Of a stretch of DNA of 42,373 nucleotides, positions 39,031 to 42,373 are shown in pieces. Origin of the DNA: Leptolyngbyaceae cyanobacterium. GTDB lineage: Bacteria; Cyanobacteriota; Cyanobacteriia; Phormidesmidales; Phormidesmidaceae. The stretch covers positions 1-42,373 of the forward strand of contig JBHJHA010000068.1 in the NCBI GenBank assembly GCA_050331235.1, given 5' to 3'. A model generated the notes under the pieces. That model saw only the letters and a list, made by a program, of their open reading frames with translations, was not told the DNA's origin and did no database searches. A program made the position numbers and the translations under genes. Each line of letters opens with the position of its first letter. Positions within the stretch are counted from its first letter, which is position 1.

Positions 39031-40167
39031 ATGGCAGAGCAGGTCTACACCAACTACTGTTTGCAGTTACCGGATCAAGAGGTCTTGGGGACGCTGGTCG
39101 TACGCGATGGCCGGATTGCGGAGGTGCAGCCGGGTACCGCAACTGCGGGGGAAGATGGCAAAGGCCAGTATCTCTTACCGGGTTTGGTTGAGCTACACAC
39201 CGATAATTTTGAGCAACGGTTATCCCCTCGCCCTAAGGTGCGATGGCCGATTGAGATGGCGGTTTTGCACCACGATCGCGATCTGGCGGCGGCAGGTATT
39301 ACCACAGTGTGCGATGCGATCGCCGTTGGCGACATTACCCCTACCTCGATGCGGATGACCCAATTTGACCCGATGATTCAAGCCATTCACCAGGGGCAAG
39401 AAGCGGGACGCTTGGCCGTTGATCATTACTTACACCTGCGTTGCGAATTGGGCTACGACAAGGTGCACGAGGTGACAGCGACCTACGCCGGACATCCCCT
39501 GCTGCGGCTGATATCGTTGATGGACCATACGCCGGGGCAGCGTCAATTTGCTCAGGTGGATAAGTACAAAGAATATTATCAGGGCAAGCACGGTGTCACC
39601 GATGCGGAGATGGAAGATTTTATCCGCGATCGCATTACAGCTCAACAGCAACATGCAGAACTCAATCGGCGTCAGCTCGTAGCATTGGCCGGCGATCACC
39701 AAGTCTGCTTGGCCAGCCACGATGACGCCACCTCAGAACATGTACAAATGGCCGCCGCTGAAGGAGCCCATATTTCGGAGTTTCCCACCACCTTATCTGC
39801 CGCCAAAGAAGCTCATCAGCACGGACTACAAGTGTTGATGGGAGCGCCAAACCTGATTTTGGGTGGTTCCCACTCAGGTAATGTCTCAGCCATGACGCTG
39901 ATTGAACATGACCTGGTCAATATCATTTCCTCTGACTATGTGCCACAGAGTTTGCTGCAGGCGATGTTTTTCATTGCTGAGCAACAGGCCCGGCCGCTCC
40001 ACCAAGTGATGCGCCTGTTCACCAGCAATCCAGCTCAGGCGGTGGGGTTGGCGGGCGATCGCGGCAGTTTAGAAGTCGGCAAACGGGCAGATTTTATCAC
40101 CGTGCGGCATGACGGCACCCTGCCGCGGCTGACCGCCGTATTTAGCCAGGGCCAACGGATCACCTAA
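39031..40167 (+). CDS. phnM: Alpha-D-ribose 1-methylphosphonate 5-triphosphate diphosphatase
   Basis: LLPGLVELHTDN, PRPKVRW, HLRCE, SLMDHTPGQRQF, LASHDD, SEFPTT, MGAPN..GGSHSGNVSA, SSDYVP. GGAGGGG SD before ATG 39031. Confidence 0.95.
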   Translation: MAEQVYTNYCLQLPDQEVLGTLVVRDGRIAEVQPGTATAGEDGKGQYLLPGLVELHTDNFEQRLSPRPKVRWPIEMAVLHHDRDLAAAGITTVCDAIAVGDITPTSMRMTQFDPMIQAIHQGQEAGRLAVDHYLHLRCELGYDKVHEVTATYAGHPLLRLISLMDHTPGQRQFAQVDKYKEYYQGKHGVTDAEMEDFIRDRITAQQQHAELNRRQLVALAGDHQVCLASHDDATSEHVQMAAAEGAHISEFPTTLSAAKEAHQHGLQVLMGAPNLILGGSHSGNVSAMTLIEHDLVNIISSDYVPQSLLQAMFFIAEQQARPLHQVMRLFTSNPAQAVGLAGDRGSLEVGKRADFITVRHDGTLPRLTAVFSQGQRIT

Positions 40168-40237
40168 GGGCGGTCAAACTTGGCCAGTGTGATCGGTATG
40201 GATGGGGTGTAGTTGTCAGCAGTGTTTAAGGGGCTTT

Positions 40238-40783
40238 ATGGCGTCTCAGTTACAGGATTTATTTCAGCTCTATCGAGATCGCGGCCAAGCTCAGTATGGC
40301 GGCGAGGCGGTAAGCCAGCTTGAGCATGCACTCCAATGCGCGGCTTTAGCAGAGCAGGCTGATAGCCCACCAGAACTGATTGTGGCGTCGCTGTTTCATG
40401 ACTTGGGACATTTGGTCCACGACTTGGGAGAGGGCGCAGCTCAGCGGGGTATTGACGATCGCCACGAATATCGAGCATTACCCCGGCTCAAAAGGTTGTT
40501 TAGTTTAGCGGTAACGGTTCCCATACAGCTTCATGTGGCGGCCAAACGGTATTTATGTGCCGTTGATCAGGGCTATTGGCAAACCCTCTCTCCAGCTTCT
40601 CAGCGGAGCTTGGCACTGCAAGGGGGAATTTTTTCGGCGGCTGAGGCTGCAGCATTCATTCAGCAACCCCATGCCCCCGCAGCGGTCAAACTGCGCCGGT
40701 GGGATGACCTCGCCAAGGTCAAACAGCAGCCAACACCAACGCTAGAGCACTTTGAGGCGATCGCAAACGGCATCACTCAGTAG
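40238..40783 (+). CDS. phnZ: Phosphonate-degradation HD-domain di-iron oxygenase (PhnZ-like)
   Basis: YGGEAVSQLEHALQ, LFHDLGH, DDRHE, HVAAKRYL, LSPASQRSLALQGG, LRRWDDLAK. Confidence 0.85.
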   Translation: MASQLQDLFQLYRDRGQAQYGGEAVSQLEHALQCAALAEQADSPPELIVASLFHDLGHLVHDLGEGAAQRGIDDRHEYRALPRLKRLFSLAVTVPIQLHVAAKRYLCAVDQGYWQTLSPASQRSLALQGGIFSAAEAAAFIQQPHAPAAVKLRRWDDLAKVKQQPTPTLEHFEAIANGITQ

Positions 40784-40833
40784 TCGAATCGGCTTCTCAC
40801 CGAGTTTACTCATGGTACAAATGCGCATGGTGC

Positions 40834-41475
40834 TTAAGTGAACGGCGATTTCAGAAAGATGGCGCGATACACGGGCAAATCCTTACCTAGCGTCAGAATT
40901 TCGCGATCAGTTTGCGCCGGAAACGGACTCTCTTTGAGCCAAGCTGCCTCACTGCGACGAAACATGGCATTTTCGCTGAAGCGATCGCACATTTCCTGGG
41001 CAACCGCTTCGACGTCCGATTGCAACACCACACGGCCGCCCACTGGTAGGGTCTTCGCTAGCGCCTGTACCAGCTCTGGCTGCACAACGCGACGCTTTTG
41101 ATGGCGTTTCTTAAACCACGGATCCGGAAATTGGATACTGACCTGTTGCAGCGTATTGGCAGGCAGCGTCTCCAATAGCTCTGCCAGGGAAGCATTGGCA
41201 TTACAAAACAGGAAATGTAAATTCTTGAGGCTTTGGCGATCGCGCTGCTGGAGGGCATAGTCCACCAGCGGCGCTCGAATCTCTAGCCCTAGGAAATTCC
41301 ACTCAGGGGTAAGCTCGGCCATCTGACTAATGAAGTAGCCCTTAGCACAGCCGATATCGATATGCAGCGGCTGTGAGGGCATCTGATAAATCGTGGACCA
41401 GTCAAGCTCGCCGATCTGGGTTTGATACTTGTGACTGAGCGGATTTACATGTTGTCGAACTCTAACAGCCGCCAC
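40834..41475 (-). CDS. trmB: tRNA (guanine-N7)-methyltransferase
   Basis: VRVRQHVNPL, HIDIGCAKG, FLGLEIR, NLHFLFCNAN, QFPDPWFKKRHQKRR, LQSDV, TDRE. Confidence 0.95.
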   Translation of the reverse strand: MAAVRVRQHVNPLSHKYQTQIGELDWSTIYQMPSQPLHIDIGCAKGYFISQMAELTPEWNFLGLEIRAPLVDYALQQRDRQSLKNLHFLFCNANASLAELLETLPANTLQQVSIQFPDPWFKKRHQKRRVVQPELVQALAKTLPVGGRVVLQSDVEAVAQEMCDRFSENAMFRRSEAAWLKESPFPAQTDREILTLGKDLPVYRAIFLKSPFT

Positions 41476-41573
41476 GGGAAAGACTCCTTTTCCTGTTCAA
41501 ACCATCACCTTACCTTAGAAGTCAGGGGACTGACTGATGCTATAGGAGTGAGGCCTTGATCTCGGATGCATGG

Positions 41574-41912
41574 CTAGAAGCTGGTTTTAAGAGTTTCCCG
41601 GAGTTCAAACGCAGTGTCGTCATTGTTGCTTGACACCATAATCATAACGGTTAGGTCATCCAAGCTTTCTAAGCAGACAAAGACCGCTGTCGAGTCTTCG
41701 GTGGTTCCTGCCACGCTATTCCCTTCGACCTGAATGTTACCCAGTCCTTGGTTGCTGAGGGCCGTAGTCGAGCGATCGATGCAGGCAACAACATCCGCTT
41801 CAAGGGTGCGCCAGGCATAATACAGTCCTGGTGACTCAGCTCGCGCTGGGGCGGCTCCAAAGACAAGTCCAGCGGCGATCGCGGCAAACGTCCAAATTCG
41901 AGATATAGCCAT
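41574..41912 (-). CDS. Small secreted hypothetical protein
   Basis: Signal peptide ending APARA. Two Cys. 112 aa. AAGGA upstream. Confidence 0.7.
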   Translation of the reverse strand: MAISRIWTFAAIAAGLVFGAAPARAESPGLYYAWRTLEADVVACIDRSTTALSNQGLGNIQVEGNSVAGTTEDSTAVFVCLESLDDLTVMIMVSSNNDDTAFELRETLKTSF

Positions 41913-42221
41913 GCTCTTGAGTCCTTATTGGCAAAAAGGGCGCAATCACTTTTCCTGGATTAGTCTAGCTTTCTCCCTTAGCGAAGCTCAAACTTTCTAT
42001 CGGGTTTAGCAGTCAGCCAACGCCCACGCTCCGTCCGATCAAATCGATCTCACGGGGTAAGCTGAGCCGCTCTTACCATGCTCTTAGAAGCCGTATGGGC
42101 TCCGAGGGTTCCCGGAGGTATGACGAGGCTTGTGGGCAATTGGCAATGTGACCGACACAACGCGACGTTGGGAAAAAGGTCAAGCTATGCTTATTACCGT
42201 TATATGTGGAGAGGCAAACAT

Positions 42222-42373
42222 ATGGTCGGGGTGATACAAAAACTGGGATGGCCACTGGCACTGAGTTTGTGTGTAGGCGCGATCGCCGCTTGTCAGCAGG
42301 CCGCAACGTCAACGGAGCGGCCCCCTGGAGGCCGGGCGGGGGGGGGGGGGGGGGGGGGGGGTGGGGGGGGGGG
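42222..42373 (+). CDS. 5' fragment of a putative lipoprotein, truncated at the contig end (not in ORF track)
   Basis: GGAGAGG SD, then ATG: MVGVIQKLGWPLALSLCVGAIAAC-QQAATSTERPPGG, with lipobox IAAC. No stop before the window end. Confidence 0.65.
   Translation, partial: MVGVIQKLGWPLALSLCVGAIAACQQAATSTERPPGGRAGGGGGGGGGGG
42338..42373. other. Terminal poly-G run, probable sequencing/assembly artefact
   Basis: About 35 G with a single T at the extreme end of the sequence, typical of two-colour chemistry no-signal tails. Confidence 0.8.

Larger units (their letters stand above)
361..42286. repeat. HIP1 (GCGATCGC) highly iterated palindrome dispersed through the window
   Basis: More than 40 copies by eye (e.g. 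361, 1082, 17261, 24703, 40981, 42279), against roughly one expected by chance. Confidence 0.95.

Noticed and set aside
42338..42373. G-quadruplex or phase-variable poly-G tract
   Set aside because: It sits at the extreme sequence end, which fits a sequencing artefact better.
1..42373. CRISPR array, IS elements, prophage, tRNA/rRNA or known riboswitches
   Set aside because: I recognised no regularly spaced direct repeats, transposase/integrase ORFs, cloverleafs or aptamer consensus by eye. A covariance-model scan would be needed to exclude small RNAs.

Overview
Chromosomal segment of a cyanobacterium. The evidence is dozens of HIP1 GCGATCGC octamers, ccmP, a Tic20/Ycf60 gene and a cyanobacterial pho box. 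A filamentous Leptolyngbya/Nodosilinea-like lineage is my inference. Most of the window is housekeeping: TPR protein, amidase, atypical His kinase, site-2 protease, ccmP, tilS, a solitary minC, rpsF, pnp, a WecB/TagA glycosyltransferase, smc, tldD/tldE and trmB. The most unusual element is a phosphonate operon, phnC-phnD-phnE-[half-size TauE/SafE permease]-phnM-phnZ. It lacks both the C-P lyase core (phnGHIJKL) that feeds PhnM and the PhnY dioxygenase that feeds PhnZ. Its promoter carries an 11-bp-periodic pho box and a GntR/HutC (PhnF-type) operator. Other points of note: a heavily decayed YyaL/SSP411 thioredoxin-domain pseudogene, an S6:S18-type rpsF leader with an enlarged apical domain, a perfect 34-bp HIP1-centred palindrome between convergent genes, candidate NrdR/LexA boxes upstream of smc, and a lipoprotein gene cut off by a poly-G contig end. 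I found no rRNA, tRNA, CRISPR array or mobile element.
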